DNA of 64,000 bases from Psilocybe cubensis (lineage: Eukaryota): contig CM039010.1 of the NCBI GenBank assembly GCA_017499595.2, positions 2,046,001 through 2,110,000 on the forward strand, written 5' to 3'. A program made the position numbers and the translations under genes. Below, piece after piece: positions 38,031 through 49,435 of this stretch. The stretch's first letter is position 1. Each line of letters begins with the position of its first letter. The notes below the pieces were generated by a model. The model made no database searches and had not been told where the DNA came from. It saw only the letters and a list, made by a program, of their open reading frames with translations.

Positions 38031-40137
38031 ATGGAAAGTATTGATGCGCTTCCCGACAAAGACAATTTGAAGGTCGTTCAACAATTCGCCTTGAGAGTCG
38101 AAAGCAATGATGACACGGTCGACGAGCATAAGGATGGTGGACTAGTAGCATGGGTTAGCATCTGTGGATCGTTAGTAATATGTTACATTATCCTATGTGC
38201 ACCAATTTGTATTTTATGACTTATCATGCAACTTAGATGGCTGGTTCTTTTCTCCACATTTGGGTACATTTACAAGATTCGGTCAGTGTAAAATTGTACT
38301 GACACTATGAATTTAGGTATTTTAACGCATTCGGGGTATACCAAGGCAAGTTAACATAGTCTTTATCACCCATCAGTCTTTAACTAACGTCAGAATTTAG
38401 ATTTCTATACGAGGATATTTCTCTCCAACCACAGTGCAAGCAAAATTGCGTGTGTTATCTTGAAATTTTGTATCCCCTAAACCTGTTAACTTCGTCATAC
38501 GTAGCTGGATAGGAAGCTTCCAACTTATGATGCCGTTTCTACTCGGAGTTGTTTCTGGAAAGCTCTTTGATGCAGGTTACTTCCACGCATTGGAAATAAT
38601 CGGATCGCTACTGTTCACTGTCAGGTAACTTGAAGCTTATATACTTATCAACCTAACATGAATATGATGTTAACATATTTAGTCTGTTCATGCTGTCTTT
38701 GGCAAAACCGCAACACTATACTCAGGTCTTCCTCAGCCAAGGCGTAGGAATGGGTCTGGGATTGGGGTTGACATTTGTCCCTGCTGTCAGCTTAACAGTT
38801 CATCATTTTCGGCGACGGAAGGTGATGGCAACTGGCATTGTTATGAGCGGAAGCTCTCTTGGAGCAATCGTCTTTCCTATTAGTGAGTCGTAGATTAGCT
38901 GACAGAGATATGCAATTGACCCAATGTCATACACCTTTATTCAGTGCTCAAGTGAGCTATCTTGCACCCTGTCTCACGGGATAATTTTCAATATACCTCC
39001 GCCGTAGCAATCTCATACAATCTGTTGGATTTCCCAAAGCTGTTCGTGCCAGCGCATACATTGTACTGGGGATGCTTGCGATTGCAAATTTCATGATGAG
39101 GTCGGCATACAAGAAGTCAGCGGACGCCGTCCCGCGACTTAACATACTCAGCTTCTTGGCTGACCCTCCATACCTTGTCTCTTCCATCGGGTAAGCATAT
39201 CTCGGCGCGGCGATGTGTACTATGCTAACTCGACAATAACAATAACCAGGGCTTTGACTGCTATGTTTGGGTTCTACTTTCCACGTAAGTCTACGTTGCA
39301 TAACAAGGAGCTAGACGTTGAATGACAAGTGCAATATAAGTAATTTACCTGCAGCTTTACTCTGTAACTCATGGAATTAATACCAACTTGGCATTCTACT
39401 CGGTATATGCATTGGCACTTCACATTACATGATTAAATATTGAAACCACGCATCAGCTTGCTATTCTCAATGCTGCCAGTACCATAGGACGTCTATTGGG
39501 AAATTATCTGGCGCAAATTCATGGCCCTTTCAACGTTCTTATTCCATGTACCGTTATTACGGCGGCCAGCATATTCTCTGTGTTCGGAGTGTGAGTCCTG
39601 TGTGTTAAATTCATTTCCAATGCTGATGTTTCTCCCTGCATTAATTTAATGATATCCAGGCATAACTCTGCTTCTCTTGTGGTAGTTAGCATCTTCTACG
39701 GTGTATTTGCAGGCGCCTGTGAGCCCGGGGGTCTATGTCCCATAGCTCATTCAAAGGAATTAATTTGCATCTAGGGCTTTCCATATCTGTCGCATGCCTC
39801 GCTACTTTGGCCCGTCAGCCAAATGAAGTAGGGTAAGCTTTTTCAGCATAACTACTCTGTACCTTCGGCATCTAATAAGAGACTAGTGCCAGAACGGGAC
39901 TTGCCTTGGCAATAAGCTCTTTTGGATCACTGGGATCAGCGCCAGTTCAAGGTGCACTGCTTGGTCCAAAATTCGATTGGAATAAACCTATAATATTCTC
40001 AGGGGTATGTCTTGCTGCTGTATTGGCCATTGAAGTCGATTGACGTGCGATGGTAGATGCTCATGGTAGTGACAGCAGTCTTCTTTGCAATAGCGAGGGC
40101 ATATGTTGCACACGAACGAAAGACTTCCAGAGTATAA
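38031..40137 (+). CDS. MFS transporter, monocarboxylate-porter family, paralog 3
   Basis: KDGGLVAWVSICGS, SQGVGMGLGLGLTFVP, HHFRRRKVMATGIVMSGSSLG. Same intron positions as the 26.3-kb paralog, including a 7-nt microexon at 38945-38951. Confidence 0.9.
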
Positions 40138-41993
40138 ATGCTTGCGGTTTATTTACGAGTCGATGACAATTTGTATATACGTTGGCATTAGGCATACAGA
40201 ATTTACCTTGCAGGGGAAGCGAGGGAAGCGAGGGAAGTGCAAGGGAAGTGCAGGGGAAGTGCGCGAAAGTACTTATTCGTTTAAGAAATTGATATGTTCG
40301 AAACAGAAGAATGCGGCAAAATTTTCATTCCCTTGGTTATTCAATCCGACCCGTGCCCAACCTTTAGAGCAATTATTGGGAGATTCGCAGTTTCTACCCA
40401 TCATGTGGCGGCTGGCCAGACCCATGACCCGATGAAGAGGGCGATGTCCATCATCAAATACACATCGCACTTCGGATACAGCTGATAGATGCTCATTTAT
40501 AGCGATGCATACTTTGATCCTCGATTACTTTTGGACTAGTGTGTCGGATTATCAAGGGACATACGTATTTTTAGTCAAACGAAATGGGGTATGAATACTT
40601 ACGTCTGGCACATTGTGTCTGCTTCCGAGCACTCAAGGCCTCACGCCACGTTTAATGCCCCTGATGTCCCTCGAACAGTTGAAAGACATTTCAGCACATC
40701 ACCTACCTCCAGTGCCGGGAATACCCAGAAGAAGACAGAATAGTATCAGAAAGGTTGAGGGTAGTGAATTTACATGAAGTACAGAATGTGCTTCCTTCAT
40801 TTCAAAGTTGAGTCGTAGGGCCTTCATAATTTTGCCCGTTCTACTGCCTTCGTTGCTCTGGGCATGCTTGAGAATAAAGCACCATGAGGAAACGTGTTGT
40901 TTTGAGGGCTCTGAAAGAAATAGCCCACCTCAATGATATCATTTATCTCGACAGCGTGCGAGAACCACCTGGGGAAGTTCTGAACTGGATCTGAATCAAA
41001 ACTCTCCCAAGTGCTCGCCTGATCAATATGATGACCAACCAAGATAGTCGGGATAAAACAGAGTCTCGTATCGAGAGGAGGCCTACATCCTAAACAGATG
41101 CTGGAATCCATGCATTCTCCCACCAGAAGTTTTACTGTTGGCAGTGTTATATGCTTCAAAAACTGATTTACAATTCCCACGACTGAAAGGGAGTGGGTTT
41201 TACGGCCCTCTCCAAAATGCAAAAATTTGGCATGTAAAATCCAGTGGGCCGTTTTCCTCTGGCTGAGTCAGAACCGGTCCGCTTTTATGTCTTAGCTCTG
41301 CGTCATTAATCCACTTTGCGCGCGTCTGTTTGTGATTCCGCGTTATTTCCCCCCACTGTAGAGTGTCCACACATCTACGACACCCATAATTGACAGTAAC
41401 GCCGGTCGAAACCGGCAACGCCCACGACTTCTCTAATCAGAACGTTAGGTGAGTTTTGGATTTGTTTTGACAAGTTGGAGATTAGTACATGTCGTCGCAG
41501 ACTGCTATGACATCTGAGTGAATATTTTATCTGGCAAACGCGCTCTACCGACGAGGTTACAAATTTATTCCAACAAAAGAAACTGGCCACAGAAACTATG
41601 CGCTATGAAACGACAGCCTGATATATTCCGAATATCTTTGAATACAAGAACCAGTAAAAAAGGGCGGATTGAGTATCAACTCCATAATTCTTAACACAGT
41701 AGGGTTGCAGGATCGTAATAGACACTAAACATTGAAATATAAGGAGTAACATCAAATGGGTTGCGAACTACTGTAGTCAGCAGTCGCACAACACAAATTA
41801 AAACAACTCACTTTGGAGACGGTCATATATACCCAACAAAGAGCACCAAATACAGCATCGACTTCGGTATCATCTGAAAGAGACAAAAAACACAGTAGAT
41901 GAGCAACGAACTTCTGGAATTTGTGGGAATAAATTTATAACCTCGTCGGTAGTGCGCGTTTGCCAGATAAAATATTTACGCAGATGTCATAGC

Positions 41994-42372
41994 TGAAGGA
42001 ATCTGAACACGAAGTGAGTCTCAGCAGAAGGAATCAAAGGCTATTTTATTAACCTGAACACGAAGTGAGTCTGTGGACTATGTTAGCTACTTCTATGAAA
42101 ACCATAATAGAGAATGTACCTCAGCAGAAGGAATCAAAGGCTGAGGTACCGAGAAAGAAAAGAGCGACTATAAGTGAGAATTTTCATGGCTATAGAAGTT
42201 GATCAAGGAAAGGGAAGGTGATGCGTTGTACCAAGTTGGAAAGGGACTTTCTCAGTATGGATAATGAACAGGGGCTATCGGCTCGGATGAGCCGATGACG
42301 GATGAGGAGAGTGTGAGTGTAAAAATAGAAAAGAAATAAAGAGAATCGAAGAAAAAAAAAGGTATTCCAACA
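41994..42372 (-). repeat. 3' LTR of the Copia element
   Basis: Identical by eye to 47199-47577. Internal direct repeats ctgaacacgaagtgagtct (x2) and ctcagcagaaggaatcaaaggct (x2). Confidence 0.97.
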
Positions 42373-42379
42373 CACCCCC

Positions 42380-45300
42380 TCAACGCATCGCCTGCTCGAC
42401 CTTCTTGGGAGCAACCAGGCCTAAGCGAGTGACACCCTCCAAAAATTTGACGCGCTGGAGCGGCTTGGTGAGGATGTCGGCGGGATTGTCTTTACCGGGA
42501 ATGTATGAGATGTGAAAAGTTTTCGCTTCAATGTGAGATCGTATAAAGTGGTACCGAATGTCTATATGTTTGGCCTTTGAGTGAGAAGAGTCATTTTCGC
42601 ACAGGGATTTTGCACCCTCATTGTCAGTGGCGACGACGAGTGGATTAGGGCAAGCGATTCGGAGGTATGAAAGTGAAGAACCCAACCACAGACCTTCCTG
42701 AACGGATCGCGTCAGTGCGATATATTCCGACTCGGTAGAGCTGGTGGATATGCACGTTTGCGTTTTGGAAGACCAGCTGAGAGGCCCTCCTGCGACCATC
42801 CATACGAAACCTGAAACAGAAGCGCGAGACTCCTTGTTACCAGCCCAGTCTGCATCGGAGTAACCCTGCAAGGTTTGCGAAGAGGCCTCGCCACCATAGT
42901 GAAGGCGATACTCTTTTGTGCCACTGAGATACCTAAGTACACGCTTGGCTGTGGCGAAGTGACGAGGTAAAGGATTGGAGGCATGTTGTGAGAGTAAAAG
43001 TACGGCGATTGAGATGTCAGGACGGGAATGTCTTTGTATGAAGAGAAGGGATCCTATTAGTCGCTGGTAAGTGACCTTAAGATTGGGTATGTCTGGAAAA
43101 GTATCCGTGTCGCGTCCAAACACGTTGTTGGCGTCGAGTGGAGTAGAGACGGGGCTGCATTCTCTGAGGCCGTATTCATCGAGAACGTTCTCAATGTAAG
43201 GCTTTTGATGGATCCACAATTCTCGAGTGCTCAGATTTCGCTCGTATTGCACTCCCAAGTAAGAGCGTAAGGGTCCGAGATCTTTGATGCCAAATCTTTG
43301 ATTAACGGCCGCTTTTGCGTGGTCAAGGAATGATTTGGAGTTAGATGCACCGAGTCCGTCGTCTACGTGAATGCAGAGCCAGCATTGAACATCTTCACCG
43401 TTCCAAGTTCCCTCGAATATGAAAGTTGCGTGATCTTTTTCAGAGCGTTTGAAGCCGATCTCCTGAAGGGTGGAACGGATTAGAATGTACCAAACATTGC
43501 TTGCTTGTTTCAGCCCGTAGAGTGATTTCTTTAACCTCCAGATGCCTTTTGTGAAAGGCGATGAGTAACCAGGAGGGCATTTCATATGAATGACCTCTGT
43601 CAAATCTCCCCACAAGAATGCCCTCGTGGCATCGAAACATTCAATGTGCCACCCCTTTAAGACTGCGTGTACGACAATAGCTCGAATGCTCACGGATTTA
43701 GAGACGGGTGCAAAGGTCTCATGATAATCGATGAGATATTTCTGCAAGAACCCTTGCGCAACAAGCCTGGCTTTGTAAACGAGTTCTCCCTTTTTGTCAA
43801 ATTTGAACTCGAAGACCCATCGGCATCCAATGGTGTGCATGCCATCTTGGAGTTCCTTGTCGGTGTAGACGTGCATTGATTTAAGCATGTGGAGTTCCTT
43901 TTCGATAACTTTCTTCCACTGATCGGCATCTGAACGCTGCATGGCTTCAGAGTAATTGGCGGGTGGTATTTTGAGGTCGTAATTGGGGGAAAAAGGGTCT
44001 CGTTTGTGATCACTCCGAACTGAGAGCAGGATAGCCTCGAAAAACGCTTCCTTATCTCATGAGAGATAATCCTCGACATCCAGCGAGATTGGAGATGTGT
44101 CATCGTTTTGAGAAGAAGATTGCTCCATCATTCCAACAGAGCACAGAGAGATGAAAGGGTTTTCGTCACCCCCTTGCTCGTTGGAAGGTTGGACGGCGGA
44201 CGCTCTTTCTGCACTGGTAGCTCAACGCGAGGCAATAATAGCTTCACTTTTTGCCTTTTCGGCATTGCGGAGTTGATTGTAGAGAACGCCCCTTGAAGAT
44301 AGATGACGCTTGTGAGACGACGATCGAGGAGGAGGTAGGACACGATGTGGAACGGGAGTTTGAGGAGGTGCTGGTGAATGCATTGACAATGGAGTGGAGG
44401 GCAGGACTTGAATGTCTACGGAAGGAACAGAGGAAGTAGAAGAAAGTTGAGAAGAATTAGAAGGTTGAGAAGGTATGAAAGGTTCAAGAAGTTGAGGAGA
44501 ATCTAAGTCCGACGGTGAAACAACAAGATTTGGAACGGACGGAGTGGAAGAAGAGGGCATGGATGAAGAAAAAACATCAGGATGGAAAGGCAAAGAAGAG
44601 TAGTCTATAGAAGAAGAATTGTAATTAGCAGAAACGAGCGAAGGAACATTTTCATCAAACATGGCATTGGAAGAGTCAAAAAAATGGCCAGATTCAAGAT
44701 GTCTAAAGCGATAGCCTTTACCGCCGGGTGGGTAACCCATAAACCTGCATTGGACAGATTTTGCCCCAAGTTTTGATTGCTACTCCTCTGGTATGTGCAC
44801 AAAGGCTCGACATCCCCAGACACGAAGGTGAGACAGATTTGGTGAGCGATGATACATATTTTCGAATGGAGTAATGCCGTCCTCATCAGTGCTTGTAATG
44901 TTGAGCAGATATGACGCAGTCAGCGCCGCCTCCCCCCAGTAGGACATGGGAAGTTGAACGGTGGTCATCATAGCGAGCATTTGGCCCTGAATTGTCCGCA
45001 TGAATCTCTCAATCTCACCGTTCATCCAGTGCTCACGAGCCGGGGTCACCTCTTGCTCAATGCCAACTTCAAGGAGGTAAGCTGAAAACACTCCTTTCCA
45101 CTCGGATCCTCCATCGCAGCGAAAACGCTTGATTTTGCAACCGGTACGTGTCTCCCAACGGGCCTTGACGATTTTAAAGGCTTCCAACATTGTCTCAGCA
45201 GTCTTATTGATGGTGAGTTGAATGTTGTTAATTTTCATGCCGGAGCAACGAAAGGCGACAAAGAACTCTTTATGATGTGGGGTTTGCATTGGAAAAGGCC

Positions 45301-47053
45301 CGCAAGTATCAGCGACAATGAGTTCGAGGGGCTGATAGGCGCGCTGGCCAAGCGAACTTGGCGGATGTGGGGTAGCTGAGTGCTTGGCAATGATACACGC
45401 CTCGCATTTGACATTTTCGTCTTTTGCTTCCACTTTCAGAACACGTTTGACTAACATTCGCGTTGCCTGTTCACCAGGGTGACCTAGACGAAGGTGATAA
45501 AGCTGCAATGTTTCCGGGACTTTGACGAACATGGCTCGTTCGACCTTGGGCTCGTTGGAGCTAGGTACGAAAACGGTCTTGTCCATGGCAAATAGTCCGT
45601 GAATCAGTAAGGCAGAAGCAAATGCGACGCCTTGTTTGGAAAGATGTATGCCCCGACCCGGATCAAAATTGCAGCCAATGCCCGCAATGAATAGTCGACT
45701 GACAGAGAGAAGATTAACCGCCGCACTCGGAGCATGTAAGCAGTTATTGAGCTTGACTTTCAGGGTCTTCCCGCAATATGTGACGTTCAGTATGCATGTG
45801 CCGCCACCTTGAGTTCTGAGAGTTCCAAGGTTGGCTGTAGTGACATTCCTAGCTTCACCCTCTGAATATGTGTGAAATGAAGAGCGAGATTTTATGATGT
45901 GAGATGTGGCTCCGGAGTCGAGTAGAATCGATGTAGACAGGAAAGATCGCGCGTTGACAGATGCCACCAGTGGTAAAGGATCTCCATCGCCTAGTCCTTC
46001 AATTAGCGCGCAAGATATTTCCCCCGTTTCGAGGATGCTAGAGTCGACCGCAAGGAAAACCGACTCCGCTGCTTTCTTTGCTGCTACCGCCGCACGATAT
46101 GCAGGGCCCTGACCCTCCATGCCACCTCCTTTCGCCCAGCAATGATCCTTATCATGTGAGCGATTTTTGCAGTTCATGCATCGGACTCCATTTGGATTGT
46201 TGACGTGTTTTGCTATAGGCCGGTTGTCGTTAGAAAAGTTCGAGTACTCCGACCCTGGAGGATTGCGTTTGGACCCGGCTTCAGCCTCTAAACGTTGACA
46301 TTCAATTGTCAAACGTGAAGTGATTCTTTCTAATGCGGTGTTTGGTGCAGATGGCGCTCTTCCTTCATCTGTAGCGGCTTTGTCTCTGTCTAGGGTATCT
46401 TGATACAGCTGGATCATCAGCTGCTTGAAGTTTGGCCATACCCCTGAAGCAGGTAGACCACGGATAATGTGATGAATAACGTCACCCTCTGGGTATTCGA
46501 CTCCCATATCTTTGAGGCGTTCCCTGCCAGTTTGGAATTTGCCTAGGTATTTCTCAATTTCCGTGTGGTCTTTGAGTTTGATAGAGGCTAATTTTTCCTT
46601 GATAGCAAACTGAGCATTTATGTCGACGCGCGCGTACCTGGTCATGAGTTGGCTCCAGACCATGCGTGCAGTGATATCCTCGCCCGCACTTAAGTTGGAC
46701 TTGACTAGTGCGGACACCTTCCGGGTGATTAACGTCTTCGCACTGTCATCATCACTCCACCACTTGCGGTAAGCCGCTATAGCCTCGTCAGATGCGTCTT
46801 CAGCAGGCTCTGCAGGTTTGGGCGAGATTGGGTATCTGGCAGTCCTACTGACTGAGCCCTCGATGTGGCCATACATGCCGCAATCTTTCAGAATGTTGCG
46901 CATGTCGTCCCTCCACGCTATAAAATTCGAGGTTCCTTCGAGATTCGCGATATGGTCTACTTTTGCGTTCGCAGGTGTGATTTTAGTATTCATCGTGATG
47001 TTATTTATGGTGGTATGGGCATTGTTAGGAATTTCTCCTGAAGCGGCCGACAT
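42380..47053 (-). pseudogene. Copia gag-pol polyprotein with three in-frame stops
   Basis: Zinc knuckle CMNCKNRSHDKDHC, protease LDSGAT, integrase HLRLGH/CEAC and D-D-E, GKGY, RT IHVDD, RNase H YSDADWAG. Stops at 44780-44782 (TAG), 44222-44224 (TGA) and 44057-44059 (TGA), all in one frame. Confidence 0.92.
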
Positions 47054-47186
47054 GTTGATATAATGTTTGTTGAAACTGAGATGTAGATATAGATAGATGC
47101 CGAAGAGATTGAGTTGTCTCCTGGAAAATTATGTGAGCCTTGTTACTGAGTTCTTGTTCGTTTTTCTTCCAATTTAGGCGCTTCCG

Positions 47187-47198
47187 GGGCCCATAACC
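47187..47198 (-). promoter_or_regulatory. Primer binding site GGTTATGGGCCC (internal half-tRNAiMet type)
   Basis: Directly follows the 5' LTR on the element strand; same motif as the PBS of Drosophila copia-type elements. Confidence 0.8.
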
Positions 47199-47577
47199 TG
47201 AAGGAATCTGAACACGAAGTGAGTCTCAGCAGAAGGAATCAAAGGCTATTTTATTAACCTGAACACGAAGTGAGTCTGTGGACTATGTTAGCTACTTCTA
47301 TGAAAACCATAATAGAGAATGTACCTCAGCAGAAGGAATCAAAGGCTGAGGTACCGAGAAAGAAAAGAGCGACTATAAGTGAGAATTTTCATGGCTATAG
47401 AAGTTGATCAAGGAAAGGGAAGGTGATGCGTTGTACCAAGTTGGAAAGGGACTTTCTCAGTATGGATAATGAACAGGGGCTATCGGCTCGGATGAGCCGA
47501 TGACGGATGAGGAGAGTGTGAGTGTAAAAATAGAAAAGAAATAAAGAGAATCGAAGAAAAAAAAAGGTATTCCAACA
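47199..47577 (-). repeat. 5' LTR of the Copia element
   Basis: Direct repeat of 41994-42372. Confidence 0.97.
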
Positions 47578-47753
47578 ATAGCAGTCCGCAACGCCATGTA
47601 CTAATCTCCAACTTGTCAAAACCAATCCCAAACTCACCTAACATTCTGATTAGAGAAGTCGTGGGCGTTGCCGGTTTCGACCGGCGGTACTGTCAATTAT
47701 TGGGGAGCTTGCTCCCCTTTGTACTGGTGGGGACCCAAAATGCTTAAGCACAC

Positions 47754-47877
47754 GTAATCCACCAGTGTTTTGATCGTCACCCCGTGCGAACTTACCAGCA
47801 AGACCTGCCGACGTTTGTGATGCGGCAAGATTCTACCTAGAGCATGCCAGGTACTGGCATAGCAAATTAATCGTTCT
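47754..47877 (+). repeat. Dispersed repeat of about 124 bp, copy A
   Basis: Aligns in direct orientation with 59024-59146. Confidence 0.85.
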
Positions 47878-47989
47878 TGAATCGGCGACGGCAGGATCAC
47901 CCTGGATCACCCTGACTATCGTCGTTACTGACGTGATGCGGGAATTTCCATAGAATTCCATGGAATTTGAAAATCACGTGCTACCGATG

Positions 47990-48830
47990 GTACACGCACC
48001 ACGCGGCACTCCCTCCCTAACACTCCGGTGGGGCAGACCCGCGGCACCCCAGTGTTGCTGACCAGCGGCACTCCGGTAGTGTTGCCGCCAGAGTGCAGTG
48101 CAGTGACAGTGAAGCCATTTTTGGGCGACTGTGACACGCTTCACAGTGATCACAGTCCCTGTGAAGTGCTGTGAAGTGTTTGTGACGTCATTCACCGTCT
48201 CGACCTCATCAAATGGTCGACAAAAGGTTGACGCGTTGCAAGGCATTTTGTCTATATGTATTTGCTCAGTCAGTGTACTAATAGTCCAAGACACTTCAAT
48301 GTAGCAATTTTTTTGACTTTTCGCAACAAATCCAGCGAAAACCAAGCAGAAATGTGCGTCGACGACAAGATCAAAGGGATCTGGACCACGTGCACTGTTG
48401 AATATTTTATTGCAATCTTATCTAGATAGATAAAGGTCATGTGCAATAAATACCCTCCATATATAGTAGGTATCCCGAACATTCTCATGTATTCGACAAA
48501 AACGCATGTAATACTTCCATATTTAGTCTAGATTATCCAACACTGCAATTTACGGCACACTTTGCAGAGCACTTCACTGCGACTTTGTTGCGCTGTGAAG
48601 TGTGTCGGAGAATGAAAAAACAGAGTGCAGTCACAGTCACTGCAGAGTGACTGCGCTCTGGCGGCAACACTACACTCCGGTGATGCAGACATGGAGCACT
48701 CCGGTGATGCAGACATACGGCACTCATGTAGCACCGGTGACGCAGACCATGCAGCGCACCCCGGTGGTGCAGACCATGCAGCACCCCGGTCGGTGATGCA
48801 GGCGTGCGGCACTCATGCGGCACACCAGCA
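47990..48830. repeat. GC-rich repeat arms (cactccggtg / gcagac units) around an AT-rich core; probable DNA transposon remnant
   Basis: Tandem cactccggtgatgcagac-like units at about 48670-48800; gtagtgttgccgccagag near 48077 recurs inverted near 48656-48673. Confidence 0.55.
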
Positions 48831-49033
48831 ATGGGCCCATTCTCGGTTTCAATTCAAACTCAGAATGACGCGCTTAGTCGCATGTTGACGCGTGTCGTCG
48901 GTGGCTGCTACTACACCCACCACGCTACAGTACGTTCAACCGCAAACGAGGGACGACGCAGAAGGTGCTGGTGGATGACAAAGGGGGGACCCATGTAGGG
49001 GAGGCCCCTGAAGGTGCGTCACACAATTACATA

Positions 49034-49234
49034 GGCCCCGTTCGGTAACCCTGTTAAAGTCGGTTAGGTTAGGTTAAGTCAGGTTTTGTCACGATTTGTC
49101 ACGGTTTTGCCTGTCAAAAAGTGACATAGCGTGACAGACGTAACCAGAGGTAACCGACTTGGCTCGGCTTGGCGCAAAATTTGGCGGGGGAAAACCTAAC
49201 CTAACCGACTCTAACAGGGTTACCGAACGGGGCC
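49034..49234. mobile_element. MITE, 201 bp, PIF/Harbinger (Tourist)-like
   Basis: 42-bp TIRs starting GGCCCCGTTCGGTAAC with one mismatch; 3-bp direct repeat ATA on both sides. Confidence 0.85.
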
Positions 49235-49435
49235 ATAGTGTTTTGGATTTCCGGCCGTGATTCTTACATAATTGTGCACGGTATTCCAATCGTCACACTT
49301 GGCATCAATGGCGTTGGCGGTCGAATTCTTCCAACACACAGAGAGTTAGTGATCAACGTCAACGTTCAACACCAACAACACCGTCCTGTTACCACCAATT
49401 CCAGAGTGGTAAATATTTAGAGCTCAAGCTGAGAA

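Larger units (their letters stand above)
41994..47577 (-). mobile_element. Ty1/Copia LTR retrotransposon, full length
   Basis: 379-bp LTRs (41994-42372 and 47199-47577) with TG...CA ends; 5-bp TSD ATAGC (41989-41993, 47578-47582); PBS GGTTATGGGCCC; purine tract next to the 3' LTR; gag-PR-IN-RT-RH order. Confidence 0.97.
41386..47700. mobile_element. Non-coding foldback/MITE-like element with about 190-bp TIRs (about 726 bp before the Copia insertion)
   Basis: 41386-41576 is the imperfect reverse complement of 41920-41993 joined to 47583-47700. No TSD could be resolved. Confidence 0.8.

Noticed and set aside
40208..41380. Short gggaag tandem repeats and a 132-aa ORF with intron-like signals
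   Set aside because: Possibly a pseudogene or transposon relic, but no frame could be identified with support.
48670..48800. Regularly spaced repeats resembling a CRISPR array
   Set aside because: Eukaryotic DNA, degenerate units without unique spacers, no cas genes.
48528..48888. Several overlapping Cys/His-rich ORFs (also at 59830-60330 and 61937-62316)
   Set aside because: By-products of GC-rich tandem repeats that lack stop codons.
49062..49075. Telomere-like ggttaggttaggtt
   Set aside because: TTAGG rather than TTAGGG, very short, and part of the MITE TIR.
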